64,000 nucleotides of DNA, from the NCBI GenBank assembly GCA_902539165.1, contig CACBHY010000003.1, forward strand, positions 70,657-134,656, in the 5' to 3' direction. The translations under genes and the position numbers were made by a program. Of the stretch, positions 8,774-17,129 are shown piece by piece. Within the stretch, counting starts at the first letter, position 1, and every line of letters starts with the position of its first letter. Origin of the DNA: an uncultured Pelagibacteraceae bacterium. GTDB taxonomy: Bacteria; Pseudomonadota; Alphaproteobacteria; Pelagibacterales; Pelagibacteraceae. The notes below the pieces were generated by a model that was not told the origin of the DNA, did not search any database, and saw only the letters and a list, made by a program, of their open reading frames with translations.

Positions 8774-9827
8774 TCATGTATCCAATAATTTGATTATTAG
8801 TGACTTCAAATGGATCTTTTTTGAGTTTATAAACATCTTTGTACCATTCTGTGGTAATTTTTACTCCGTTTTTAACAGAGTATGTAGGGTACCAATTTAA
8901 ATTATTTTTAGCTTTTTTAATGTCTAATTGTAAATTTTTTTGTTCATAATACTTAACTTTTTTATTATATCTAATTTTACCACTACCCCAAAAAGCAATC
9001 ATATATTCAATTATTTCTTTTACACTCTTAACTGAATTATTTTTTGTTCCAAAATTCCATGCATCAGAAAACTTTTTCGGATTTAAAAATTGTTTTTTAG
9101 CTAAGATCAAATAACCTCTTAAAGGCTCTAAAACATGTTGCCATGGTCTGTTGAATTTTGGATTACGTAGATAAATTGATTTACCCCTCAATAATGATCT
9201 TATCCCATCAGGAATTAATCTGTTTGCTGACCAATCCCCTCCTCCTATAACATTACCTGCTCTAGCGCTTGACACACCACAATTTCTTTTATCTTTAAAA
9301 AAACTTTCTCGATAAGCTCTAATTATTAATTCTGATGAAGATTTTGATGCACTATATGGGTCTATACCACCGAGAACATCGTTTTCTTTATATCTAGTTA
9401 GTTTTCCAACATTTTCATAACACTTGTCAGATGTGATCATTACAAGTGATTTAATAAATTTAAAATTTTTTGAAGCCTCTAATACATTTAATGTTCCCCC
9501 AACATTTACATCGATAGTTTTGTGAGGTTTTAAATAAGACTCTATAATTAAAGGCTGTGCAGCTAAATGAAAAATAATTGTAGGTTTATATTTAGAAATG
9601 AATTTATCTAATTTTTTTTTGTCTCTGATATCAAAAATTCCAAGCTTTATTTTTTTTTGAAGTTTTAATTTATAAAATAAATTCTTATTTTGATTAGGAC
9701 TGTAACCAGTTCCATAAACTTTAGCTCCCATTTGTAACAGCCAACAACATAACCATGAGCCTTTAAAGCCAGTTGCGCCTGTAACAAGAATTTTTTTATT
9801 CTTATAAAAGCTATTCATTTTTTCCAT
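8754..9827 (-). CDS. rfbG: CDP-glucose 4,6-dehydratase
   Basis: 357 aa, an extended SDR with the GATGFKGSWL Rossmann motif and the YSASK catalytic motif. The length and context next to rfbF fit. Confidence 0.9.
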   Translation of the reverse strand: MEKMNSFYKNKKILVTGATGFKGSWLCCWLLQMGAKVYGTGYSPNQNKNLFYKLKLQKKIKLGIFDIRDKKKLDKFISKYKPTIIFHLAAQPLIIESYLKPHKTIDVNVGGTLNVLEASKNFKFIKSLVMITSDKCYENVGKLTRYKENDVLGGIDPYSASKSSSELIIRAYRESFFKDKRNCGVSSARAGNVIGGGDWSANRLIPDGIRSLLRGKSIYLRNPKFNRPWQHVLEPLRGYLILAKKQFLNPKKFSDAWNFGTKNNSVKSVKEIIEYMIAFWGSGKIRYNKKVKYYEQKNLQLDIKKAKNNLNWYPTYSVKNGVKITTEWYKDVYKLKKDPFEVTNNQIIGYMNENNWR

Positions 9828-10516
9828 ATGGTACCCTGATCTTTTAATATTTTTTCTAATTCAATTTTATCTCTAAGTGTATCCATACATTTCCAAAATT
9901 TTTCATGTTTAAAAGCTTTTAGATTATTGTTTTTAGATAAATTGGTCATTGGTTCTTTTTCAAACAAAGTTTTATCATTATCGATATAATCAAAAACATT
10001 TGAGTTCAATATAAAATAGCCTCCATTAATCCATCCAGCACTTGCTTGAGGTTTTTCCTCAAATTTAGTTACATCATCACCGTTAATTTCTAATTCTCCA
10101 AATCTAACTGGAGGATGAACTGCTGTAACTGTTGCAATTTTTTTATGACTTGTATGAAACTGAATTAGACTATCCAAATTTATAGAACACAAACCATCTC
10201 CATATGTCATAAAAAAATTTTCATTTTTGTCAAACTGTGATTTTAATCTCAAGATTCTTCCACCTGTCATTGTGTCTTCCCCGGTATCTATTATCTTTAT
10301 ATTTTTAAACTCTTTACTGCCTTCATAATATTCTCTGATGACATCTTTTTTATAACCAGCTGCAATTATAAATTCGTCATAACCATACGATTGATAAAAA
10401 TTCATTATATGACTTAATATTGGTTTATTTCCAATTTGAACCATTGGTTTGGGGATTTTATCGGTATACTCAGCTAATCTTGTGCCATATCCCCCTGCTA
10501 AAATTACTGTCTTCAT
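9815..10516 (-). CDS. rfbF: Glucose-1-phosphate cytidylyltransferase
   Basis: 233 aa. The N-terminus MKTVILAGGYGTRLAEYTDKIPKPMVQIGNKPIL is the canonical RfbF signature. Confidence 0.9.
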   Translation of the reverse strand: MKTVILAGGYGTRLAEYTDKIPKPMVQIGNKPILSHIMNFYQSYGYDEFIIAAGYKKDVIREYYEGSKEFKNIKIIDTGEDTMTGGRILRLKSQFDKNENFFMTYGDGLCSINLDSLIQFHTSHKKIATVTAVHPPVRFGELEINGDDVTKFEEKPQASAGWINGGYFILNSNVFDYIDNDKTLFEKEPMTNLSKNNNLKAFKHEKFWKCMDTLRDKIELEKILKDQGTIWKK

Positions 10517-10593
10517 AATTGTTGATTTGAAAATGTGTATATCGTAAAAACAATCTACTTCATAACCAAAATCAATTAAATAAGGTAAATATA

Positions 10594-11061
10594 ATGATTA
10601 AAGAAAAAACTTTAGCTCCAAAATTTAAACTTCATTCTACTAATAAAAAAGAATATTCATTGAAGGATTCTGTTGGAAAATTCGTTGTAGTGTATTTTTA
10701 TCCTAAAGATGATACTCCAGGATGTACAATTGAAACAATTGATTTTAATAAACTTCTTCCCAAGTTTAAAAAATTAAATTGTGAAGTTTATGGCATTTCA
10801 AAAGATAGTTTAAAAAGTCACGAAAAATTCAAAGAAAAGTATAAAATTAAGTTTGATTTATTGGCTGATGAGGAACTTAAAGTTTTAAAAAAATATAAAG
10901 CTTGGGGTAAAAAAAAATTTATGGGTCGTGAGTTTATGGGTATAATTCGTTCTACATACTTAATTGATCAAAAAGGCAAAATATTAAAAGTTTGGGAGAA
11001 CGTTAAAGTTAAAGATCATGCTAAAGAGGTTTTAGAAACACTTAAAAATTTTACAAAATAA
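10594..11061 (+). CDS. bcp: Peroxiredoxin Bcp (thiol peroxidase)
   Basis: 155 aa with the FYPKDDTPGCT peroxidatic-Cys motif. Confidence 0.9.
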   Translation: MIKEKTLAPKFKLHSTNKKEYSLKDSVGKFVVVYFYPKDDTPGCTIETIDFNKLLPKFKKLNCEVYGISKDSLKSHEKFKEKYKIKFDLLADEELKVLKKYKAWGKKKFMGREFMGIIRSTYLIDQKGKILKVWENVKVKDHAKEVLETLKNFTK

Positions 11062-11084
11062 AAAGGCCCCTTTCGGGGCCTTTA
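11062..11084. terminator. GC-rich hairpin terminator between convergent bcp and amt
   Basis: AAAGGCCCC-TTTC-GGGGCCTTT forms a 9-bp stem flanked by an A-run and a T-run, immediately after the bcp stop. Confidence 0.75.
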
Positions 11085-11188
11085 CTAACTAACTAGCAAG
11101 AGAGAGATATTAAGCTAATTTTGTTTTGTTAGGAGCTCTTCAATGAGATAACGACATGGAGATCGAAGAGCCCCTATATTGCATGCAA

Positions 11189-12490
11189 TTAGTCTCGTAT
11201 TGCGTATGCGATTACACCTGTTTCGGTTACGTCAGTACCTTTGGACTCAGCTTCTTTACTTAGTCTAATTCCAAATGTTCCTTTCATAATCGAGAACACA
11301 ATGTATGACACGACAAATACAAAAATGTTAATTGATAGAACGCCAATTACTTGTGCACTAAAAGATGCATCAGTATTTGTTAGTGGAACTGCAAGTGTTC
11401 CCCAAATTCCAGCAAACATGTGAGCTGGAATTGCACCTACAACATCGTCAAGTTTGAAACTGAATAATAATTTAGTTCCGAATACAACGATTAAACCACC
11501 AATAGCTCCAATGAAAATTGCAGCTAAAGGAGTTGGTGCCAATGGTTCTGCAGTTACTGCAACTAATCCACCGATTGCTCCGTTTAACATTTGTACAACA
11601 TCTGTTTTACCATATATCAATCTTGTAATTATAGCCGCGGCCATTACACCACCACAAGCTGCAAGATTAGTATTGATAAATATATTTGATACAGCAACTG
11701 CATCATCAAATGTTCCAATAGCTAATTGTGATCCACCATTGAATCCAAACCAACCTAACCATAAGATAAATACACCTACAGTTACTAATGGAATTGAAGA
11801 AGCAGCAAAAGGTTTAAGCGCTTTAGCTTCACCTTTACTGTCAAATCGTCCTGAACGCGCACCTAGCAACATTATCCCAGCTAGTGCAGCTGCACCACCT
11901 GTTGAGTGTACTAAAGTTGAACCAGCGAAATCTGAGAAGCCAAGTTCTGCTAACCAGCCTCCACCCCACTGCCAACCCATTACGATAGGATAAATAATTC
12001 CAGCTAAAATTGCTGCGAATAGAAAGAACGGCCAAAGTTTAACTCTTTCAGCCATTGCTCCTGAACAAATTGAAACTGTTGTTGCACAGAAAACCATTTG
12101 GAAATACCAGTCAGAACCATCTGCATATCCAGTATCAACTGAACTTGCATCTGACCATGGAGTAAATGTTCCAATGTATCCACCCTCTGGGATTCCATAC
12201 GCTAAGTTATATCCAAACAACCAAAACATTATTCCGGCAATTGAGTAAAGACCAATGTTCTTTGCACAAATTACTGAAACACTTTTTGAGGTTACCATAC
12301 CAGATTCTAGCATTGCAAATCCTGCTGCCATAAACATGACAAGGAAACCACAAATTAGAAATAGTAGTGAATTGAATATAGCTTGAACTTCAGCAGAAAC
12401 TGTTGTTTCTGCCATTCCTGCACTACTCATGCTTAATAAAATTATTAAACTAAGAAGTGGCGCAGATATTCTTTTTATTAATTTAGTCAT
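11189..12490 (-). CDS. amtB: Ammonium transporter (Amt family) with signal peptide
   Basis: 433 aa with 11 TM spans. It has Amt signature blocks (FAMLESG, DFAGSTLVHSTGG, GFNGGS, HMFAGIWG) and a strong GGAGG ribosome-binding site upstream. Confidence 0.95.
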   Translation of the reverse strand: MTKLIKRISAPLLSLIILLSMSSAGMAETTVSAEVQAIFNSLLFLICGFLVMFMAAGFAMLESGMVTSKSVSVICAKNIGLYSIAGIMFWLFGYNLAYGIPEGGYIGTFTPWSDASSVDTGYADGSDWYFQMVFCATTVSICSGAMAERVKLWPFFLFAAILAGIIYPIVMGWQWGGGWLAELGFSDFAGSTLVHSTGGAAALAGIMLLGARSGRFDSKGEAKALKPFAASSIPLVTVGVFILWLGWFGFNGGSQLAIGTFDDAVAVSNIFINTNLAACGGVMAAAIITRLIYGKTDVVQMLNGAIGGLVAVTAEPLAPTPLAAIFIGAIGGLIVVFGTKLLFSFKLDDVVGAIPAHMFAGIWGTLAVPLTNTDASFSAQVIGVLSINIFVFVVSYIVFSIMKGTFGIRLSKEAESKGTDVTETGVIAYAIRD

Positions 12491-12584
12491 AAGACCTCCA
12501 CTGTTAAGGATGGAATTATATTTTTTATAAAATTGAAAACTAACGCTGATTAGGAAAATTGGATATGCAGTATTTGCATATAGA

Positions 12585-12621
12585 AACAGCCCTAACGTGT
12601 ATTTTTTACATTAGGGCTGTT
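12585..12621 (-). terminator. Hairpin downstream of hup (probable terminator)
   Basis: AACAGCCCTAA...TTAGGGCTGTT forms an 11-bp stem with a 15-nt loop. It lies 12 nt after the hup stop, and the T-tract on the minus strand is only modest. Confidence 0.5.
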
Positions 12622-12632
12622 AAAAAAAATGA

Positions 12633-12908
12633 CTATTTATTGAATACTTCTTTTAAAGCTTTTGCTGGTAAAAATTTTACCTTTTGAGAGGCAGCAATTT
12701 GAATTTGCTCACCTGTTCTGGGGTTTCTTCCTACTCTTGCTTTACGTTTTGCTACTTTATACGTACCAAATCCAGCAATTTTTACTGAATCATCACCTTT
12801 TAAAGCATCTAAAATAGTGTTCGTAATTGTATCAAATGTTCGTTCTGCATCTGCTTTACTCAAATTTAATGAGCCAGAAAGCTTTGCAATTAGTTGTTTT
12901 TTGTTCAT
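12633..12908 (-). CDS. hupB: DNA-binding protein HU
   Basis: 91 aa, with ...GFGTYKVAKRKARVGRNPRTGEQIQIAASQKVKFLPAKALK..., the canonical HU arm. Confidence 0.95.
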   Translation of the reverse strand: MNKKQLIAKLSGSLNLSKADAERTFDTITNTILDALKGDDSVKIAGFGTYKVAKRKARVGRNPRTGEQIQIAASQKVKFLPAKALKEVFNK

Positions 12909-13064
12909 TTTAGCTCCGGTTTTGTTGGTTAGTTTTTATACTTGCCATAAACCTTGATAAATCAAGCTTTTTTTTAGTGTTAAAAAATAAAAATAACACA
13001 ACATCTTGTGAAATTTTAAATAAGTATTGATTTTACTTGATTTTTTGATTTTGATAAAAGTTTT

Positions 13065-14177
13065 TTAGCTAAATAAACCTAAATCTTTTAGGTCATTAAA
13101 GGTTGTGAAAAACATTAAAGATAGCAACAAAAACATACCGATTCGAAAAAATCCTTCTTGAGTTTTTTGTGACAAAGGACGGCCTAAAACACTTTCAAAT
13201 GCATAAAACATTAGGTGACCCCCATCAAGCATAGGTATTGGAAACAAATTAATTAACCCCAAACTAATAGAAATATAGGCCATCATGCTCATAAAAGCTA
13301 TCACACCAAAGGTTGCAACTTGACCTGATATCTTTGCAATTCTAATTGGACCTCCAAGTTGAGAGGTATCCGCTTTTCCCATGATCATACCACCAATATA
13401 TTTTAGTGATGAAGTGCTGACATAATATACTTCATGAGCTGCATGGTATATTGCTTGGGCAGGACCTAATTTAACATGATTTACTTCATTATTATAAGCC
13501 CCAAGTTTTATTCCAACCATTCTTTTATTGATTTTATTACCTAATCCATCCTCACCCTCAACGATGTTAGGTTTAACTTTTAAAATTAATTCATCGTAAG
13601 ATCGTTTAACTCTAAAATCTATGACATCTCCTGTGGACATGGAGATAAATTTAGAAACTTCCATGATACTTTGAACTTTATTTCCATCTATTTCTAAAAT
13701 TATATCTTGATTTTTAAGGCCTCCAGTCATTGCTGGGCTATCTTTTTGTACCTCATTAATAACTGCTGGAGTAAAATCTTTACCAATAAAAGTATAAATT
13801 GAAAAAAATATAACTAAAGCCAATAAAAAATTAGCCAAAGGACCGCCAAAAACAATTAACACCCTTTGATACAAAGGTTTTAAAATAAATAATTTTTCTT
13901 GTTCTTCTTTACTATATTTTTCTAGTATTTCTTTATGGTCAGCTTGAGAGTATACATTTCTATCCCCAAAAAATTTAACATAACCTCCAAGTGGTATTGC
14001 ACATATTTTCCAACGTGTTCCGTGTTTGTCATTCCAACCAAATAATTCTTTACCAAATCCAATTGAAAAATCAGTAACTCCTACTCCATATTTTCTAGCA
14101 AAATAATAGTGGCCATATTCGTGAATGAATACCACAACTAAAATTAGAACTAAAAATGGGACAATATAACTAAGCAT
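13065..14177 (-). CDS. rseP: RIP zinc metalloprotease RseP (site-2 protease)
   Basis: 370 aa. It has HEYGHYYFAR (HExxH) in TM1, a PDZ region and the C-terminal NLFPIPMLDGGH motif. Confidence 0.9.
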   Translation of the reverse strand: MLSYIVPFLVLILVVVFIHEYGHYYFARKYGVGVTDFSIGFGKELFGWNDKHGTRWKICAIPLGGYVKFFGDRNVYSQADHKEILEKYSKEEQEKLFILKPLYQRVLIVFGGPLANFLLALVIFFSIYTFIGKDFTPAVINEVQKDSPAMTGGLKNQDIILEIDGNKVQSIMEVSKFISMSTGDVIDFRVKRSYDELILKVKPNIVEGEDGLGNKINKRMVGIKLGAYNNEVNHVKLGPAQAIYHAAHEVYYVSTSSLKYIGGMIMGKADTSQLGGPIRIAKISGQVATFGVIAFMSMMAYISISLGLINLFPIPMLDGGHLMFYAFESVLGRPLSQKTQEGFFRIGMFLLLSLMFFTTFNDLKDLGLFS

Positions 14178-14322
14178 ATTAATATTTTAAATGAATAATA
14201 AATTATTCACAACCCCCCATTTAATAATAATACTGATACTTTTTGTCTTTACTAATTCAAGCAAATAGACACATGGTTTAGGATTTGTTAGGTTAATTTA
14301 ATTAATTAAAGAAAGGAAAACT

Positions 14323-14580
14323 ATGAACTTTGTTGGAACAACAACATATGAAGGAACTAAAAAAGATGCAGATGAATTATACAGTATGTTTAAAGATGAA
14401 ATTGCAAAGTGCACGTCGTCATTTGAATGGGCGCACCTTCGTGAAGGTAAAATGATTTTTATTGCAAATGTCACTGATGAAGAAAAATTTTATGCTTTAT
14501 TTGAAGATCAAAGATCTAAAGACTGGAACGCAAAGTTTAATGCTAAAGATGAAGCTTGGAAACTTGAGAAAATAATGTGA
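14323..14580 (+). CDS. Hypothetical protein (85 aa)
   Basis: An ORF with the AAAGGAAAA ribosome-binding site upstream. I recognise no family. Confidence 0.5.
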   Translation: MNFVGTTTYEGTKKDADELYSMFKDEIAKCTSSFEWAHLREGKMIFIANVTDEEKFYALFEDQRSKDWNAKFNAKDEAWKLEKIM

Positions 14581-14660
14581 CCAGTTCCAAAATAGATAAA
14601 TCAACAAGTGGGACAAAATTAACGATGAATAAATATCTTTAATAATTATCATTGCCCCCA

Positions 14661-14864
14661 ATGAAAGAAGATATTGTTAAATCTCACTTAAAGAAAAAAT
14701 CACTATCAAAGCTTGCTTTATCAATTAGTCTTTTTATTGTGCTTTTAACTTCAACTGGATACATCTTTAATTCTAAAGGAGTAATTTTTCTATTTTATAT
14801 TTCTTGTTTTGTATTTTTCTATAATTTAGTAATCCACTTCCTGTTAGAAAAATTTGATATTTAA
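14661..14864 (+). CDS. Small membrane protein (about 67 aa from ATG 14661)
   Basis: Two hydrophobic spans. The track starts it at a TTG (14652), but the ATG at 14661 is more likely. Confidence 0.45.
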   Translation: MKEDIVKSHLKKKSLSKLALSISLFIVLLTSTGYIFNSKGVIFLFYISCFVFFYNLVIHFLLEKFDI

Positions 14865-14866
14865 TC

Positions 14867-15013
14867 ATGATTAAAACACTCATTAAATTAAAGATATTAA
14901 AATTTATACTTATTGGTGGAGTATCAGCAGCTTATGCTTTTAAGAGATATTGTGAAAAAAAAAATGAAGTAAAAAGTAAAAAAGATAAAAAACCTCTGCC
15001 TATCACCCGATAA
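14867..15013 (+). CDS. Candidate 48-aa single-pass membrane peptide
   Basis: The ATG lies 2 nt after the preceding stop. The translation is MIKTLIKLKILKFILIGGVSAAYAFKRYCEKKNEVKSKKDKKPLPITR. It is below the track cutoff. Confidence 0.4.
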   Translation: MIKTLIKLKILKFILIGGVSAAYAFKRYCEKKNEVKSKKDKKPLPITR

Positions 15014-15087
15014 AAATTTTTGTGTACATTGTTATTCACTTTTTTTTTAATATATAAACTCAATTATAGTTATTATATAAATAAATC

Positions 15088-15573
15088 ATGCCTTCGTTTG
15101 ATGTTATAAGCAAAATTAATTACCAAGAATTTGATAACGCTTTAGCTAATTGTTTAAGAGAAATTGGTAATCGATATGATTTTAAAGGACTTCACATTAC
15201 AATTGAGCGAAAAGACAAAACAATTACAACTGCTGCACCTGATGAACTAAAATTAAAACAGGTAAATGAATTGCTGCAAACCCATTTAGTTAGAAGAAAA
15301 GTAGATCCAAGAGTATCAGAAGTTAAAAGTTCTGAGGGTGCTACAGGAGGATCCATTAGACAAGTCAGTGAGTTAAAGGAAGGAATTAGTCAGGAAAATG
15401 CTAAAAAAGTTATCGCTGATATAAAAAAGCTTAAGCTCAAAATTCAAATAAAAATTCAAGGTGAAGAATTAAGAGTGGATGGTAAAAAGAAAGATGACCT
15501 TCAAGAAGCAATGAATGCCATAAAATCCATTGATATAGGTCTTCCAATAGATTTTGTAAATTTTAGAGATTAA
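15088..15573 (+). CDS. yajQ: YajQ-family nucleotide-binding protein (UPF0234)
   Basis: 161 aa. The N-terminal MPSFDVISKINYQEFDNAL and the overall length match YajQ. Confidence 0.9.
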   Translation: MPSFDVISKINYQEFDNALANCLREIGNRYDFKGLHITIERKDKTITTAAPDELKLKQVNELLQTHLVRRKVDPRVSEVKSSEGATGGSIRQVSELKEGISQENAKKVIADIKKLKLKIQIKIQGEELRVDGKKKDDLQEAMNAIKSIDIGLPIDFVNFRD

Positions 15574-15659
15574 TCCTTGATCAAACTATTCATTGTATTT
15601 GTTTTAAAAAGATATAAGCATCAATCATAAATACTTAACATATACCTTTTCCTATCCAA

Positions 15660-17126
15660 ATGAATTTCTCAGATTTACAAATTGAAAATAAGCTTAAAAA
15701 GTCAATTGAACTTGCTGATTTTAAAACCCCTACTCCAATTCAAAGTCAATCAATTCCAATAGGTCTTGAAGGTAGAGATATTTTAGGGACCGCTCAAACT
15801 GGAACCGGTAAAACTTTAGCCTTTACTGTCCCAATGATTAATAAATTAATTAAAGATAAACAAGCAATGGCTTTAATTGTTTGTCCTACAAGAGAACTTG
15901 CAACACAGGTAATGGCAACCGTTTTAAAATTAAATGTTAGAGAGATAGGAATTGGTAATGCTCTTTTAATTGGTGGTGAGAGTATGCAAAAACAACTTAG
16001 AAAGTTAGGTAAACGTGCAAGGATAATCGTTGGAACCCCTGGCAGAATTAATGATCACTTAAAGAGAAAAAGTCTAGATTTATCTAAAGTTAATTATTTA
16101 GTTTTAGATGAAACTGATCGAATGCTTGATATGGGATTTACTCCTCAAGTAGAACAGATTTTAAATTTTGTCCCAAAAGAACATCAAACATTATTATTTT
16201 CAGCAACACTTCCAAACAATATATTAAAAATATCTCAAAGATATTTAAATAATCCTGAAAGAATATCTGTTGGATCTTTGTCAGCCCCAATTGATAAAAT
16301 TAAACAAGAAACATTTGAAGTTTTGCAGGATAAAAAATATCATGAACTAATCAATCAACTTGTAGAGAGAAGTGGATCCATTTTAGTATTTGTTAAAACT
16401 AAATATGGTGCAGATAAAATAGTCAAAAGATTAAAATATGATGGTCATAAAGCTGATGCTATTCATGGAAACTTAAGACAAAGTAAAAGAGATAGAGTTA
16501 TCAATGGATTTAGAAATGGAAACAGTCGTATCCTAATTGCAACTGATGTTGCAGCACGGGGATTAGATATCCCGGTGATCAAACATGTTATCAATTACGA
16601 TCTGCCACAAGTACCAGAGGATTATGTTCATCGAATAGGACGAACTGGTAGAGCTGGTAAAGAGGGTTACGCTTTAACCTTTTTAACTACAAGTGATCGA
16701 TCAATGTGGAATTCTATAAGCAAATTAATAGATCCAAATTATAAACCACCTCAAAGAGATAGAAGTCAAAAGAAAAGTTTTAGAGGTGGTAAAAAGGGTA
16801 AGGCTTCATTTAACAAAAAAAGAAAATTTAATGACAACAAAAAAGGTAGCTTCAGAGATAAAAAGAAGTTCTTTAAAAGAGATGATGATAAAAAATCTAA
16901 TTTTAAAGGTAAAAAGAAATTTTTTAAAAAAGATGTAGATAAAAAATCAAAATTTAATGATAAGAAAAAATCTTTTGGGTTTACAAATAATCCTAAATAT
17001 TTTGGTAAAAAATCCGACGAAGTAGTTGAAAAAGACGATAAAAGATCATCTTTTAAAGGAAGAAAAAAATTCAAAAAAAGACAGAGACCTAAAAAATTTT
17101 CATTTAAAAAGCATAAAAAGAAATAA
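15660..17126 (+). CDS. rhlE: DEAD-box ATP-dependent RNA helicase with Lys-rich repetitive C-terminal tail
   Basis: 488 aa. It has the Q-motif, AQTGTGKT, PTRELA, DETD (a DEAD variant), SAT and HRIGRTGRAG, plus a roughly 120-aa basic tail. Confidence 0.9.
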   Translation: MNFSDLQIENKLKKSIELADFKTPTPIQSQSIPIGLEGRDILGTAQTGTGKTLAFTVPMINKLIKDKQAMALIVCPTRELATQVMATVLKLNVREIGIGNALLIGGESMQKQLRKLGKRARIIVGTPGRINDHLKRKSLDLSKVNYLVLDETDRMLDMGFTPQVEQILNFVPKEHQTLLFSATLPNNILKISQRYLNNPERISVGSLSAPIDKIKQETFEVLQDKKYHELINQLVERSGSILVFVKTKYGADKIVKRLKYDGHKADAIHGNLRQSKRDRVINGFRNGNSRILIATDVAARGLDIPVIKHVINYDLPQVPEDYVHRIGRTGRAGKEGYALTFLTTSDRSMWNSISKLIDPNYKPPQRDRSQKKSFRGGKKGKASFNKKRKFNDNKKGSFRDKKKFFKRDDDKKSNFKGKKKFFKKDVDKKSKFNDKKKSFGFTNNPKYFGKKSDEVVEKDDKRSSFKGRKKFKKRQRPKKFSFKKHKKK

Positions 17127-17129
17127 GAT

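Noticed and set aside
11241-12198. Four ORFs from the track lie inside the amt locus. Two are antisense (11241-11423 and 11454-11993, the latter 179 aa). Two are same-strand but out of frame (11841-12035 and 12004-12198).
   Set aside because: All lie entirely within the well-supported amt gene. Their translations are low-complexity (Pro/Ala/Asn-rich) mirror images of a Gly/Ala-rich membrane protein, with no motifs. They are shadow ORFs.
12491-12632. A possible glutamine (glnA-type) riboswitch or other nitrogen riboswitch in the amt leader.
   Set aside because: I could not find the conserved CGUUCA, ACGGAAGUAGG or GGAACGC blocks on the minus strand. Only the hup terminator hairpin, one inverted repeat and a GGAGG SD are present.
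14192-14209. An 18-nt perfect AT-rich palindrome, TGAATAAT-AA-ATTATTCA, just upstream of rseP. It is Fur-box-like in appearance.
   Set aside because: By my rough estimate, palindromes with 8-bp AT-only arms are expected by chance many times in 64 kb of this composition. No metal-related gene is adjacent. The similar AT palindromes at 12953-12966 (CTTGATAAATCAAG) and 12978-13000 were rejected on the same grounds.
16766-17074. A 102-aa antisense ORF opposite the helicase tail.
   Set aside because: It is the reverse-complement shadow of the Lys-rich AAA/AAG repeats. That gives Phe/Leu-rich nonsense with no start context.
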